IMG/VR virus record: IMGVR_UViG_3300037295_000263
Span: 32,001-96,000 of that record
Source of the DNA: a virus
Lineage: Duplodnaviria; Caudoviricetes
DNA: 64,000 bases
Reading direction: 5' to 3' (one strand)
Shown here: positions 30,985-41,631 of the stretch, in pieces
How the letters are laid out: the number at the start of each line of letters is the position of its first letter
Numbering within the stretch: position 1 is the stretch's first letter
Made by a program: the position numbers and the translations under genes
Notes under the pieces: generated by a model
Database searches by the model: none
What the model saw: the letters and a program-made list of their open reading frames with translations, nothing else
What the model was told of the DNA's origin: nothing

Positions 30985-30987
30985 ATA
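30982..30987 (+). promoter_or_regulatory. Late promoter TAAATA overlapping the stop codon of the giant gene
   Basis: TAAATA 7 nt upstream of ATG 30995. Confidence 0.5.
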
Positions 30988-30994
30988 CAATATC

Positions 30995-31621
30995 ATGAAA
31001 AATCAAAGCGAATCTACTATGCAAGAAAAATTAGGGTTTCATTTCGAAGGGCATATCAAGCTCTTCGATCCCGAAACCGGCGAAGTGTATATCGATAAAC
31101 GTAATGCTATCCACTACGAAAATATGAGCGTAGCTATGGTTAACAGTATTAGTAATCAAAATCAAGGATGGATTTACGAAATGGCATTTGGCTCGGGAGG
31201 AACAACAGTTGATCCAACAGGATTGATTACCTATTTGACCCCAAATACTGTAGGGATTAATTCAAATTTGTATAATCAAACTTATTCAAAAGTGGTAGAT
31301 CCTAATTCTATAGAAAACACAGATCCCATACGTAATAAAATGGAAATACGGCATATAAGCGGTGCTACATACAGCGATGTAATAATTTCTTGTACACTCG
31401 ACTATAGTGAGCCGGAAGGGCAAGAAGCGTTTGATAATAGTCAAGATATGGATGGAAATTTTGTTTTCGATGAGTTAGGCCTTAAATCTTATAGCCCTTC
31501 GGGCGAAGGGAAGTTACTCACACATGTAGTATTCCACCCTGTTCAAAAATCTCTGAACAGGCTTCTCCAAATTGATTATACAATTAGGATTCAGAGTTTA
31601 ACTGGCTTTACTGAGGTATAA
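30995..31621 (+). CDS. Conserved virion structural protein
   Basis: KRNAIHYENMS...MAFGSGG...FDELGL...LLTHVVFHPVQKSLNR; tail module context. Confidence 0.6.
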   Translation: MKNQSESTMQEKLGFHFEGHIKLFDPETGEVYIDKRNAIHYENMSVAMVNSISNQNQGWIYEMAFGSGGTTVDPTGLITYLTPNTVGINSNLYNQTYSKVVDPNSIENTDPIRNKMEIRHISGATYSDVIISCTLDYSEPEGQEAFDNSQDMDGNFVFDELGLKSYSPSGEGKLLTHVVFHPVQKSLNRLLQIDYTIRIQSLTGFTEV

Positions 31622-31623
31622 CG

Positions 31624-33666
31624 ATGTCATATAATGTAAATTTTACCGATAAAAATAGACCACCAATTACTGTCCAAGATGATGTTAGAAATAATGATAC
31701 TAGCTTAATCTTTGTAGGAAGAAATTTTGCAGGATACGGACAAAGCATTGCAGAAAACTTTTTAGCACTAATGGAAAATTTTTCAAATACAACTCCTCCC
31801 GAAAGTCCAGTAGAAGGACAATTGTGGTATGATACCATCGAAGGCATACTTAAAATATGGGATAATATAAATTGGAAAGCAGCTAGCAATATCCAGAAAA
31901 GTGTTTCGCAGCCATCTACTAGTATTTCTAAAGACGGGGAATTGTGGGTCGATACTGCTAACCAACAATTAAACATATTTGTCGGAGGCAGGTGGGTAGT
32001 AGTTGGTCCTGAATTTTCAAACGGGCTAGGCAGCGGACCAAAAGTTAAATCTATTAAAGATTCTAATGAGCAAGATAGAGTAATTTTAATATTTTATGTG
32101 GAAGAAATTCCACTAATTATTTTTAGCAAAGACAGTTTTACTCCTAAAATATTCATCGATGGGTTTCCAGTAATTCGATCTGGACTTAATGTTACTTCAT
32201 TGAATGTAGGTGTTGGAAATTTTGACACTAAACTATATGGTCGAGCAACTTCTTCAGATTCGTTGATAATAGCAGGAAATGAAATACCGGGCAATAAATT
32301 TTTAAGATCCGATGTTCCTAACACGATAGATTTTGGACTGTTGATTAGAAATAATTCAGGATTAACAATTGGGACAGACGGAGTTTTTAATTTGTCTGCA
32401 TCTGCAACTGCTGCAAAGCTCTATAATTCAGCACCAGGGAGTAGTTTAGATTTTCAAGTGAATCGTAACGGAGTACCTTCTACAACAGTTAGAATATTAA
32501 ATGGCAATGTAGGCATTAATAATCTAAATCCATCTGAGGCACTAGCAGTAGTGGGTAATATTTCAGTGTCCGGGTCAATACTGTTACAAAGCGATGACCC
32601 GGTTACAATTAATACTAATGGCGGAATATCAGTTGCTAAGAAAATATTAGCAAACGGTGGAATAGAAGTAACAGGAGCAATTAATCCTGAAGATATCGTG
32701 CCTCGCAACACTGATCAGTATCAACTAGGTACAGCTGGAAAAAGATGGAAAACTATCAGAGCAGAAGCAGTTATTGCAGATACTATTACTGGTACGATTA
32801 ACGGAGATATTACAGGAACAGCAGGAAAAGCAGCAGAACTAGCAACAGCTAGCACATTTTCAATTGACGGCGATGTTAGGACAATTGCAGATATTTCTTT
32901 CAAAGGAATTGATAATGTTCGGATGATAACTACGTTAGACCCTGCATTTATAAACAACAAACCATCGCCATCGCCGAATATTTCGATACCAACTGATACA
33001 GTATTAGTTTCACGGCCGGGTGTAGGTTTGTTAAAAGAAACTCGCAACGTGTTTGTGGGAGACTTAGGAATACCGATAGGAGGGATACTGGCATATGCAG
33101 GAACTTCTCCCCCTCCGGGATTTTTATTGTGCGACGGTTCAGAGCTTGAAATTTCGAGGTACAACGTACTGTATCAAGTAATAGGGGCAACATATAATAC
33201 TTCGCAATTAAACGGAATAAACACATTCAGACTTCCAGATTTACGAGGCCGCAGCGCACTAGGTCGTGATAACATGGATAATGGCACCACGGTACCTAAT
33301 ATAAATGGAACACCGATCAATGCAGGAGGCGGGAATGCCAATCGAGTACCTGGCGTTGAAGCTGATACTATGGGCGGCTCAGGCGGAGCATCGAGCCAAG
33401 TGCTATCTAACTCGAATTTGCCAGATCACGAACATAGTTTAGTAGGATCAAGCGGCCAACAGTACTATGCTACTCGGTTAGATACTGCAGTTCCATTGGA
33501 TTCAGGAGCGTCTTTGGATAGAGGTCCAACGTTATCGAATCAGGCACAATATTTGCCGACCTCCGGAAGAATTAAAACGTCAGGCAATTTGTCTCAACCG
33601 TTTTCAGTTTTAGATCCATTTTTAACAATCAATTATATAATTCGTGCAGGACGTCCTGACTTTTAA
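31624..33666 (+). CDS. Tail fibre 1 with C-terminal tail-collar domain
   Basis: Shared fibre N-terminus (GRNFAGYG...ENF...GQLWYD); collar motif IPIGGILAYAG...GFLLCDG...LPDLRGR. Confidence 0.8.
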   Translation: MSYNVNFTDKNRPPITVQDDVRNNDTSLIFVGRNFAGYGQSIAENFLALMENFSNTTPPESPVEGQLWYDTIEGILKIWDNINWKAASNIQKSVSQPSTSISKDGELWVDTANQQLNIFVGGRWVVVGPEFSNGLGSGPKVKSIKDSNEQDRVILIFYVEEIPLIIFSKDSFTPKIFIDGFPVIRSGLNVTSLNVGVGNFDTKLYGRATSSDSLIIAGNEIPGNKFLRSDVPNTIDFGLLIRNNSGLTIGTDGVFNLSASATAAKLYNSAPGSSLDFQVNRNGVPSTTVRILNGNVGINNLNPSEALAVVGNISVSGSILLQSDDPVTINTNGGISVAKKILANGGIEVTGAINPEDIVPRNTDQYQLGTAGKRWKTIRAEAVIADTITGTINGDITGTAGKAAELATASTFSIDGDVRTIADISFKGIDNVRMITTLDPAFINNKPSPSPNISIPTDTVLVSRPGVGLLKETRNVFVGDLGIPIGGILAYAGTSPPPGFLLCDGSELEISRYNVLYQVIGATYNTSQLNGINTFRLPDLRGRSALGRDNMDNGTTVPNINGTPINAGGGNANRVPGVEADTMGGSGGASSQVLSNSNLPDHEHSLVGSSGQQYYATRLDTAVPLDSGASLDRGPTLSNQAQYLPTSGRIKTSGNLSQPFSVLDPFLTINYIIRAGRPDF

Positions 33667-33677
33667 GGTAAACATAT

Positions 33678-35480
33678 ATGGCATATACAATAAACAAAAC
33701 AAACGGAACAATATTAGCAACAGTTCCAGACGGCCAAGTTGATCAATTCTCTTCTGATCTAACATTAATTGGAAAAAATTATGAAAGCTTTGGAGCATAT
33801 TTAAATGAGAATTTTATTAAATTGTTGGAAAATTTTTCTAACAATGTAAAACCTGAGCAGCCAATAAAGGGACAACTGTGGTTTGATTCAACAGAAACAA
33901 AACTTAAAGTATATACTGGGCTAGATTTTGTGCCAGTTAGCTCGGCTTCGATTTCTAATACTCCTCCGGACGGATTGGGTATCGGAGACTTATGGTATAA
34001 CAATATCGATAAGCAACTTTACTTTAATAGCGGCACTGCATTAGTATTGTTGGGTCCTTTGTATTCTGCAAGCCAACGAAAGAGTGGATTAGAAGTAGAC
34101 AGTATTTTAGATACGCTAAATCAAACAAAGATAGTAACTTATTTTTACTCCGGTGGTATATTACTAGGAATTTTTGCATCGGATACGTTTACTCCCCGTA
34201 TAGCAATTCCAGGATTTTCTGGAATCATTCAACCTGGATTCAATGCTGGATCAGTAGAGGGCATGAAATTTAATGTTACTGCAACTAATTCGGAAAAATT
34301 AGGCAATATACTTGCAGAAAATTATATAAGAACTGATCAATCGGGAATTATTAATGGCAGTTTAGTTTTAGCATCTGATGCTGGGATAACAGTAGGTGCA
34401 GGAAATCAAGGCGTGTTCGACGTAAGAAATGGCAACGTAACGATTGAAAATCAGTTATCGGGAAAAAATCTCCAATTTAATGTACGTAATACCGGAGCAG
34501 CAGAAACGGCACTAGAAATAGACTCGACTAGTCGAGAAGTTAGGATATTTTTAAATTCTATATCTAGTAAATTATTAGTAGGCGGAAATTTAACAGTCAA
34601 TGGAAATTTGTTAGTAAACGGAACAACAACTTCTATCAATGAAAGCATTTTAGAAATTGAAAATAAAAATATTATATTATCAGATACATCTACTCCGAGC
34701 GACGTACTAGCAAGTGGTGGAGGAATAATATTACGTGGGACCACAGATCATACATTAACATGGCTGTCTTCTGCAAAAGCATGGACTAGTTCGGAACATG
34801 TTAATTTAGAAAGTTCAACTAGTGTTCCTTCTCCGGACTACAAAATTAACGGAGTTACTGTAATATCTTCTAATTCTTTAGGAACAGGTATTACTAGCAT
34901 ACCAGGAGTTACTAATTTTGGTAAACAAACTGTATTAAAAGTTGGACCTGGATCTGCAATCGAGCCAGAAAGAATGAGATTGGAAAATAACAGAATCTCT
35001 ACAGTATCTAATGATTACAATTTAGAACTAGAAGCGCATGGATCTGGAAATATTTCTTTAATTGGAAATCCAAGAATAATAGGATTGTCAACTCCTGTAG
35101 ACAATAAAGATGCTGCCACAAAAGAATATGTTGATAATATAGTTGAAACTAGAAATTTATCTTTTAGTATTGATATCTCTGATAATATTACTAATACTGA
35201 AATAGCATCTATCTTACAACAACTTGCCCCGCCGACAGAACATAGAGCAGGCATATTAGCACGAATTTTGTGTACTAAGTCTGTAATTACCACTAACAAT
35301 ATAGATATAAATCCATCAGTAGAAATAACAAAAGGTGTTTTTAATCAGTCAACAGGAACGGCAGAAGCAGTCACTGACATTTCATTTACTCCAGTAACCA
35401 CCACACCAGCAGGAGTGTCTGTTACGAGAGAAATTAAAACATTCGAGATTATAGGCGGGATATGGATTTTTATTGCATAA
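33678..35480 (+). CDS. Tail fibre 2
   Basis: Paralogous N-terminus (GKNYESFG...ENFIKLLENF...GQLWFD); DAATKEYVD motif. Confidence 0.75.
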   Translation: MAYTINKTNGTILATVPDGQVDQFSSDLTLIGKNYESFGAYLNENFIKLLENFSNNVKPEQPIKGQLWFDSTETKLKVYTGLDFVPVSSASISNTPPDGLGIGDLWYNNIDKQLYFNSGTALVLLGPLYSASQRKSGLEVDSILDTLNQTKIVTYFYSGGILLGIFASDTFTPRIAIPGFSGIIQPGFNAGSVEGMKFNVTATNSEKLGNILAENYIRTDQSGIINGSLVLASDAGITVGAGNQGVFDVRNGNVTIENQLSGKNLQFNVRNTGAAETALEIDSTSREVRIFLNSISSKLLVGGNLTVNGNLLVNGTTTSINESILEIENKNIILSDTSTPSDVLASGGGIILRGTTDHTLTWLSSAKAWTSSEHVNLESSTSVPSPDYKINGVTVISSNSLGTGITSIPGVTNFGKQTVLKVGPGSAIEPERMRLENNRISTVSNDYNLELEAHGSGNISLIGNPRIIGLSTPVDNKDAATKEYVDNIVETRNLSFSIDISDNITNTEIASILQQLAPPTEHRAGILARILCTKSVITTNNIDINPSVEITKGVFNQSTGTAEAVTDISFTPVTTTPAGVSVTREIKTFEIIGGIWIFIA

Positions 35481-35501
35481 GCAGTACTTTAGGAGCATTT
35501 A

Positions 35502-37592
35502 ATGTCGTATATTATTAACAAATTTGACGGTACTCCGTTAGTTGTATTACAAGACGGTAGCATCGATACATCTACCAGTGTAGGGCTGCTTGGCAGAAAT
35601 TATGTAGGGTATGGAGAAACACAAAATGAAAATTTTGTACATTTACTAGAAAATTTTGCAGGAGATGCACCCCCAACAAAGCCTATTGTTGGCCAAGCAT
35701 GGTTTAATAAAATAACCAACACATTAAATGTTTTTACTGGGGACAACTGGTTACCTTTAAATGCAGCAATTTTAAGTAATGAAGAACCGAGAGCAACTAA
35801 CGGTTCGTTTTGGTTCAATACTATTACTAATCAGTTGTTTATATATGAAAATGAAACATGGGTTTTGATCGGACCCGAAGTGGCGATAGGATTCGGAGTA
35901 ACTAGATGTAAATCGACTACAATTATAGATTCAGTTGGAATAATCAGGCCTGTAATACAAACTGTAGTAGATAATACGATACTTGCCATTTTTTCTAAAA
36001 ATAGTTTTTCAATAGGATTGACAAATGAAATTCCTGGATTTTTTAATATTCGAGCAGGAGTGACTTTATCATCTAACTACAATATAACTGGATCTTTAAT
36101 CGGAAATGCAACAACTGCGTCTAGGTTTGAAGTTGGTAGAACTATTAATGGAGTTTTATTCGATGGCAGCAACGATGTTATTGTAAAAGCAACAACTACA
36201 AATTCTTTAATCCCAGGGCTGCACATTGCAGGAAACCAATTTGATGGATCAGGAATCGAAGAGTGGTCAGTGAGTACAGCTTCGGTTAACACCCCAGGAA
36301 AAATTGTTTCTAGAAATTTTAATGGAGATTTTTCAGCAAATGTTATTACTGCAACATTATCTGGAAATGTAAATGGCAACGTTACTACAACTACGGGCAC
36401 AAGCACATTTAATAAAGTTGTTGCTAGTGAATTTATAGGGGCCACTCTTTCAGGAAATGCATTAACTGCAACAAGACTGCGTACCTCGCGATTAATCAAT
36501 GGAGTACCATTCGACGGATCGTCGGATATTACTATAACCGCAAGTGCGTTGTCTGTTACGGGTACACGATTAGCACCTGCTGTGACTGATTCGAATATTA
36601 AAAGACTGGGCATAGTAGAGTCCTTACGAGTTACGAACGATGGTATTATTATCGGGAATAATAATGACATGTCATTGTCTGCATCAAGCTTGCAAGGATC
36701 TGTGATATCTGTAAATAGCAGTAAAGGTTTTATGTTGAAAATTGCAGATGACTCGCAATTAAATAATTCAGCCGAAGTATCTTTTATTTCTAGTGCGGAG
36801 TCTGCTAATGCAGGAGGAAGTCAAGAACCGGCGGTCGTTCCTAAACAAACTATGGCATATAATATTGGAATTCCTAATAAGAAATTTAATAAAATCTATG
36901 CTGATAAGTTTATTGGAGAAGCATCGGAAGCAGAAAATGCTAAATTCTCTATAACTCAGCCAGCTGGCACAAATGATACTACTATTGCAACAACTGCGTT
37001 TGTTCAAACAGTTATGCCTCGAGGAGCAATTGTTATGTGGTCAGGAGACTTAATTACAATTCCTAATTCGTGGGCATTGTGCAATGGTCAAAACGGTACT
37101 CCTGATTTGCGAGAAAAGTTTATTGTAGCAGCAGGAGGATCTTATGCTATAGGTGCACAAGGCGGTGCAAACAGCGTAGTTTTATCGATGAATCAAATGC
37201 CAAACCATAATCACTTGGGCACATCTGCGACATCGTCAGTTGAACATACCCATGCATGGAGCGGTAGCGGAACTACTGGAAATAGCGGAGCACACACTCA
37301 TACTATTAATGATCCAGGACATGTACACTCTCGAGGTAGGCAGCCGCTAGGTAGTGCAGACGGTAGTAATCCAAATTTAGGCAACGTAACAGGAAATACT
37401 GGATCGTCTACTACTGGAATTTCTATTAACGCAGCAGAAAATCATGCGCATAGTGTATCAGTATCAGGCACTACTGCTGCTGCTAGTTCTACACAACACA
37501 GTCATGCATTCGAAACGAATTTTGTAGGAAATAACTCAGCAATTGATATTAGACCAAGTTATTATGCGCTAGCATACATAATGAAGCTTTAA
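35502..37592 (+). CDS. Tail fibre 3 with collar domain and His-x-His tip
   Basis: Paralogous N-terminus; MPRGAIVMWSG...WALCNGQNGTPDLR; six HxH motifs. Confidence 0.8.
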   Translation: MSYIINKFDGTPLVVLQDGSIDTSTSVGLLGRNYVGYGETQNENFVHLLENFAGDAPPTKPIVGQAWFNKITNTLNVFTGDNWLPLNAAILSNEEPRATNGSFWFNTITNQLFIYENETWVLIGPEVAIGFGVTRCKSTTIIDSVGIIRPVIQTVVDNTILAIFSKNSFSIGLTNEIPGFFNIRAGVTLSSNYNITGSLIGNATTASRFEVGRTINGVLFDGSNDVIVKATTTNSLIPGLHIAGNQFDGSGIEEWSVSTASVNTPGKIVSRNFNGDFSANVITATLSGNVNGNVTTTTGTSTFNKVVASEFIGATLSGNALTATRLRTSRLINGVPFDGSSDITITASALSVTGTRLAPAVTDSNIKRLGIVESLRVTNDGIIIGNNNDMSLSASSLQGSVISVNSSKGFMLKIADDSQLNNSAEVSFISSAESANAGGSQEPAVVPKQTMAYNIGIPNKKFNKIYADKFIGEASEAENAKFSITQPAGTNDTTIATTAFVQTVMPRGAIVMWSGDLITIPNSWALCNGQNGTPDLREKFIVAAGGSYAIGAQGGANSVVLSMNQMPNHNHLGTSATSSVEHTHAWSGSGTTGNSGAHTHTINDPGHVHSRGRQPLGSADGSNPNLGNVTGNTGSSTTGISINAAENHAHSVSVSGTTAAASSTQHSHAFETNFVGNNSAIDIRPSYYALAYIMKL

Positions 37593-37604
37593 AATTCAGC
37601 AGGA

Positions 37605-37610
37605 TAAATA
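37605..37610 (+). promoter_or_regulatory. Late promoter TAAATA
   Basis: ATAAATA in the gap before ATG 37632. Confidence 0.5.
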
Positions 37611-37631
37611 ATAGTTAGAACGGAGCTATGT

Positions 37632-39413
37632 ATGGCATATCAAGTAGACAGATTTAATGGAACTTTTTTAACCTCGGTAAATGACGGCACTATAGATCGA
37701 GCTGCAACTGACTTAATACTCGTGGGTAAAAATTATGCCGGATACGGCGAGTTACAAAATGAAAATTTTGTTCACTTGTTAGAAAATTTTGCAAATGCAA
37801 CTTCCCCTCCGCATGCTATTACTGGTCAAATTTGGTACGATAGCAGTGCTAAAAAAATAAGATTTTGGGATGGCGATCGGTTTAAAACGGCTAGTGGCGC
37901 AGAAGTCGGAAATGCACCACCGGAGGACATGCAACCAGGCGAGTTTTGGTTTAAGCCTTCGAATAATGGCTTTCCCGAGCAGTTATATGTGTGGAATGGC
38001 ATAGAAACTGTTTTAATTGGACCAGAAACCACTTCAGTAACTGGTGCAGCAACAATATCTACAATGGTAGTGGATACACTAGGAGTTGATAGGCTTATTG
38101 TTAAATTACAATCAAATAATAAAGTAGTTGCAATAATTAGTAGTAACGATAGCGAATTTATACTTGATAATTCGATTAACCCGATACCTGGATTCACTAA
38201 CGTTATTAAGAAAGGAATAACATTAGTCAACACAACTACTACTGGAGAAAGCATAGATGACTATTATTTTTGGGGTACAGCAGCTAACGCATTGACATTA
38301 GACGGATTGTCTGCTGCTGATTTTGCTAGATCACAAGAGCCAGTTTTCGATAATGTAGTGGATTTTAAAGATTTTGGATTTCGTTTAGGTAATAGTGCAG
38401 ATTTGTCAGTTTCTATTGAAAACGGTGACGAAATAGTTGTGTTAGGACAAAATTATATTAAAATTAGGATAGCTGGGCCTGATGAAATAGTACGCAATGT
38501 TGCAGAATTCACAGAATTTGGAATTATTCCTGGAATAGGAAATACATATTCGTTAGGCACTGAGAGTACGCCCTGGTCCGATGTTTATGCAGATTCTGTA
38601 TCCGGGAATGTAACAGGAAATGTTGTAGGAAATGTTGTAGGAGACCTTACTGGAAACGTTAGAGCAATCGACAATTCTATAATAATAGATGCATCTGCAA
38701 AATCGTTTCTGGGAAACGTAGGGCTTCCTGGTAATTTATCAACAGTATACGGCAATGTATTTGGAAATTTGACAGGAACAGCTACTAATTCGTTAACTTT
38801 AAATGGAGTTAGTGAAAAAGCAGGCGCATTTCCTAACACAATTGCATTACGCGATGCTAACTCTAGTATTACTGCTTTTAGATTCATTGGCACTGCAGAT
38901 AGAACAGAAAGACTAAAAGTTGATAATGCAGCAGTTGATACTGACCCTACATATAGATCAGCAAAAACTACACCTATTCCGACAACAATCGTTGCTAGAG
39001 ATGCTTCTGGAAATATTTCAGCAAATATTTTTCAAGGCACAGCAACTTCAGCTAGGTATGCCGACTTAGCAGAAAAGTATTTGGCCGACACAGAGTACGG
39101 AGTTGGCACAGTAGTTATAGTTGGCGGCGAACAAGAAATAACAGCTTGCTCAGTAAATTCAAGAGCATTGGGAGTAGTGTCTGCGAATCCTGCATTTATG
39201 ATGAATAGAGATTTAGAAGGTGGTACATACATTGCTTTAAAAGGAAGAGTTCCTGTAAAAGTTCTAGGTAAAGTCACTAAAGGCGACAAGTTGATAGCAG
39301 GATCTGATGGTCTTGCAATAGTTACTTCTGAGAAAGATCCTTTTATCTTTGCTATTGCTTTAGAGACGAATGATTCAGAAAATATAAAACTAGTAGAAGC
39401 AGTAGTACTTTAA
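37632..39413 (+). CDS. Tail fibre 4 with a C-terminal intramolecular-chaperone/autocleavage-like domain
   Basis: Paralogous N-terminus; GNVT/GNVV repeats; C-terminal YADLAEKY...GVVSANPAF...IALKGRVPVKV. Confidence 0.7.
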   Translation: MAYQVDRFNGTFLTSVNDGTIDRAATDLILVGKNYAGYGELQNENFVHLLENFANATSPPHAITGQIWYDSSAKKIRFWDGDRFKTASGAEVGNAPPEDMQPGEFWFKPSNNGFPEQLYVWNGIETVLIGPETTSVTGAATISTMVVDTLGVDRLIVKLQSNNKVVAIISSNDSEFILDNSINPIPGFTNVIKKGITLVNTTTTGESIDDYYFWGTAANALTLDGLSAADFARSQEPVFDNVVDFKDFGFRLGNSADLSVSIENGDEIVVLGQNYIKIRIAGPDEIVRNVAEFTEFGIIPGIGNTYSLGTESTPWSDVYADSVSGNVTGNVVGNVVGDLTGNVRAIDNSIIIDASAKSFLGNVGLPGNLSTVYGNVFGNLTGTATNSLTLNGVSEKAGAFPNTIALRDANSSITAFRFIGTADRTERLKVDNAAVDTDPTYRSAKTTPIPTTIVARDASGNISANIFQGTATSARYADLAEKYLADTEYGVGTVVIVGGEQEITACSVNSRALGVVSANPAFMMNRDLEGGTYIALKGRVPVKVLGKVTKGDKLIAGSDGLAIVTSEKDPFIFAIALETNDSENIKLVEAVVL

Positions 39414-39422
39414 GGAATAATA

Positions 39423-40364
39423 ATGGCAATTGGCGATTTAATAACAGCAGTAGATTATAATAACATCAGAACTAAAATACTAGGAATTTTAGGACCTGGT
39501 GCAGGAAAAAGTGGATATAATCAAACTTTACAAAGTTTGCAAGTTTCATTAGATTCAAAAATAACTACACTGCAATGGAATCAATTACGTGCCGATATTT
39601 TCAGTACTTTACTACATCAAACAGGTGCTGCGCCTGGAATATTTACTGCAACCACAGGGAGTTTAATTAGATTCGGAACATCATTTCCTGTAAATCAATA
39701 CGATACATTATCTGAATCGGCCATAACTAATCGTTTTGCAATAGGTGCCAACCAGTTTGCAATTGAAACTGGAGGTTCGACTTCTCGTACTACTGCATGG
39801 AACTCCTCAGTTAGTACAACTGTGGTAGTTAATTTTGCTAATGCAGCCGAAGCACGATATTTTTTCAATAGTGGCGGAAAACTTAGATTTCAAAGTTTCA
39901 GGTCAGGCGGATCTGTATCAGCACAAAATACTAGTTGGACAAATTTATTAAATGCTGCAGGGGTCAGAGAAATTGCAGGAGAAACGCCGTCTGTAAATTT
40001 TTACAATTTAACAAATTCTTACCAAAACTTGTATTCGACGACAGCAAGTGCACCGTATTCTTCTAATACTTATACAATAGATGTATTGTGTAATGAGGCT
40101 GACAATTCGTCAGGCACAGCATCACAATTAACTTTTAGAGTGACTTGGACCGATCCGTATGTAGATCCGGGTAATACAGGCCCTAACGATTTTTATCCAG
40201 GCGATAACCCTAATACAGATGATATAATAGACGGAACGCTAGGATTAACAGTAACCCAATTGCGGGCAACTGGCGACTTGTACAACGCCAGCGGCACTGC
40301 TTATGCTACGTTTACAGTAGCAGGACCTAGCAGCTATTCTATTCCTGCAATTAGCGGTTCTTAA
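39423..40364 (+). CDS. Virion structural protein (fibre-associated)
   Basis: Thr/Ser/Gly-rich beta protein with ARYFFNSGGKLRF; end of the tail operon. Confidence 0.55.
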   Translation: MAIGDLITAVDYNNIRTKILGILGPGAGKSGYNQTLQSLQVSLDSKITTLQWNQLRADIFSTLLHQTGAAPGIFTATTGSLIRFGTSFPVNQYDTLSESAITNRFAIGANQFAIETGGSTSRTTAWNSSVSTTVVVNFANAAEARYFFNSGGKLRFQSFRSGGSVSAQNTSWTNLLNAAGVREIAGETPSVNFYNLTNSYQNLYSTTASAPYSSNTYTIDVLCNEADNSSGTASQLTFRVTWTDPYVDPGNTGPNDFYPGDNPNTDDIIDGTLGLTVTQLRATGDLYNASGTAYATFTVAGPSSYSIPAISGS

Positions 40365-40390
40365 TTAGTACAATCTTATAAAATAGCACA

Positions 40391-40396
40391 TAAATA
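40391..40396 (+). promoter_or_regulatory. Late promoter TAAATA at the head of the glycosylation cluster
   Basis: ATAAATA 25 nt upstream of ATG 40422, with an AGGA RBS between. Confidence 0.5.
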
Positions 40397-40421
40397 ATGT
40401 ACGCATTTTATAGGATAGTAA

Positions 40422-40775
40422 ATGGATTCTCGATTAAAACAAGCTCTCGATTTCTCGAATTACAATCAAACATTATCGATTCAACGAAAACAATTAAAAG
40501 AAAAAATAGAAGCTAAATTGACCTATGGTTATAATGGTGGAATTTTTCGAATTGATCAATCTTTAATTTCTTTTGTACAAACTTTAATTAATAAACAACG
40601 TATAAATGATATTCCTTTACTGGATTTAAACAACATTCCTGTAATGATAGACGATCTGATTAAATTCCAAGACAATATTTTGGATAGATATTTTACTTCA
40701 GTCTATCAGTATCATGAAGAATACGAATTATTAAAAAAATCGAGATCGGTTGAGAAATTAATTAACTATGAATGA
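40422..40775 (+). CDS. Hypothetical protein
   Basis: RBS present; overlaps the next gene. Confidence 0.7.
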   Translation: MDSRLKQALDFSNYNQTLSIQRKQLKEKIEAKLTYGYNGGIFRIDQSLISFVQTLINKQRINDIPLLDLNNIPVMIDDLIKFQDNILDRYFTSVYQYHEEYELLKKSRSVEKLINYE

Positions 40776-41631
40776 AAAAGGGATAGTCATCTTCGCTCAT
40801 AATAACAAGCAAGTGGATTATGGAATACTTGCGACAGTTGCTGCAGGGTTAGCTAAAAAAAATTTAAAAGTTCCTGTAACACTTATTACAGATAAAACTA
40901 CAATCGAGTGGATGCAGGAAAGTGGAACATATTTAAAAGCTATTCCTATTTTTCATAAAATAATTTTAGTTGAAAATGAAGAATTTAATAATCATCGATT
41001 GCTATTTGATGGTACAGATTCTCAGATAGTACCTTTTAAAAACTTAAATAGAAATTCAGTTTGGAATTTAACTCCGTACGAAACTACATTATTAATCGAT
41101 AGTGATTTTTTAATTTTTTCTGATTATTTAGATAAATTTTGGGATTTAGATTTTGACGTTATGATATCTAGTGCAATGCAGGATATCAAAGGGACTCGTG
41201 CTGGCATATTAGATAAACGAATTTCTGAAACAGGTGTACGCATGTTGTGGGCAACTACTGTAATGTTTAAGAAGAATCATAGATCGAAATTATTTTTCGA
41301 TTTAGTAGATTACATCAAAGACAATTATAAACATTATGCTGATCTATTTAGATTTAATCCTAAGCAATATAGAAATGATATTTCATTTAGCATAGCTAAA
41401 CATATTCTTGACGGCTTTGAAGAAAATCTAGTAGGATCGTTGCCTTCTGTATTAACTACTATCGATAAAGACATTTTGCATTCTGTACTACCGGACGGCA
41501 GTTTATTGTTTTTATTAAACAACGAACAGAGTAATCAGTATTCTGCGATATCGATATTAAATACGGATGTGCATGTTATGAATAAACAAAGCGTAGTCCG
41601 TGTAAGCAGCCAATTATTGGAACTAATATGA
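40768..41631 (+). CDS. Putative GT-A glycosyltransferase
   Basis: RNSVWNLTPYETTLLIDSD (DxD), WATTVMFKK, RNDISFSIA. Confidence 0.6.
   Translation: MNEKGIVIFAHNNKQVDYGILATVAAGLAKKNLKVPVTLITDKTTIEWMQESGTYLKAIPIFHKIILVENEEFNNHRLLFDGTDSQIVPFKNLNRNSVWNLTPYETTLLIDSDFLIFSDYLDKFWDLDFDVMISSAMQDIKGTRAGILDKRISETGVRMLWATTVMFKKNHRSKLFFDLVDYIKDNYKHYADLFRFNPKQYRNDISFSIAKHILDGFEENLVGSLPSVLTTIDKDILHSVLPDGSLLFLLNNEQSNQYSAISILNTDVHVMNKQSVVRVSSQLLELI

Noticed and set aside
38595-38660. Short tandem repeats (GGAAATGTTGTA-like units)
   Set aside because: Explained by GNVT/GNVV peptide repeats in the fibre shaft; not a separate element
31624-39413. Diversity-generating retroelement targeting the fibre tips
   Set aside because: No reverse transcriptase and no template/variable repeat pair differing at adenines found in the window
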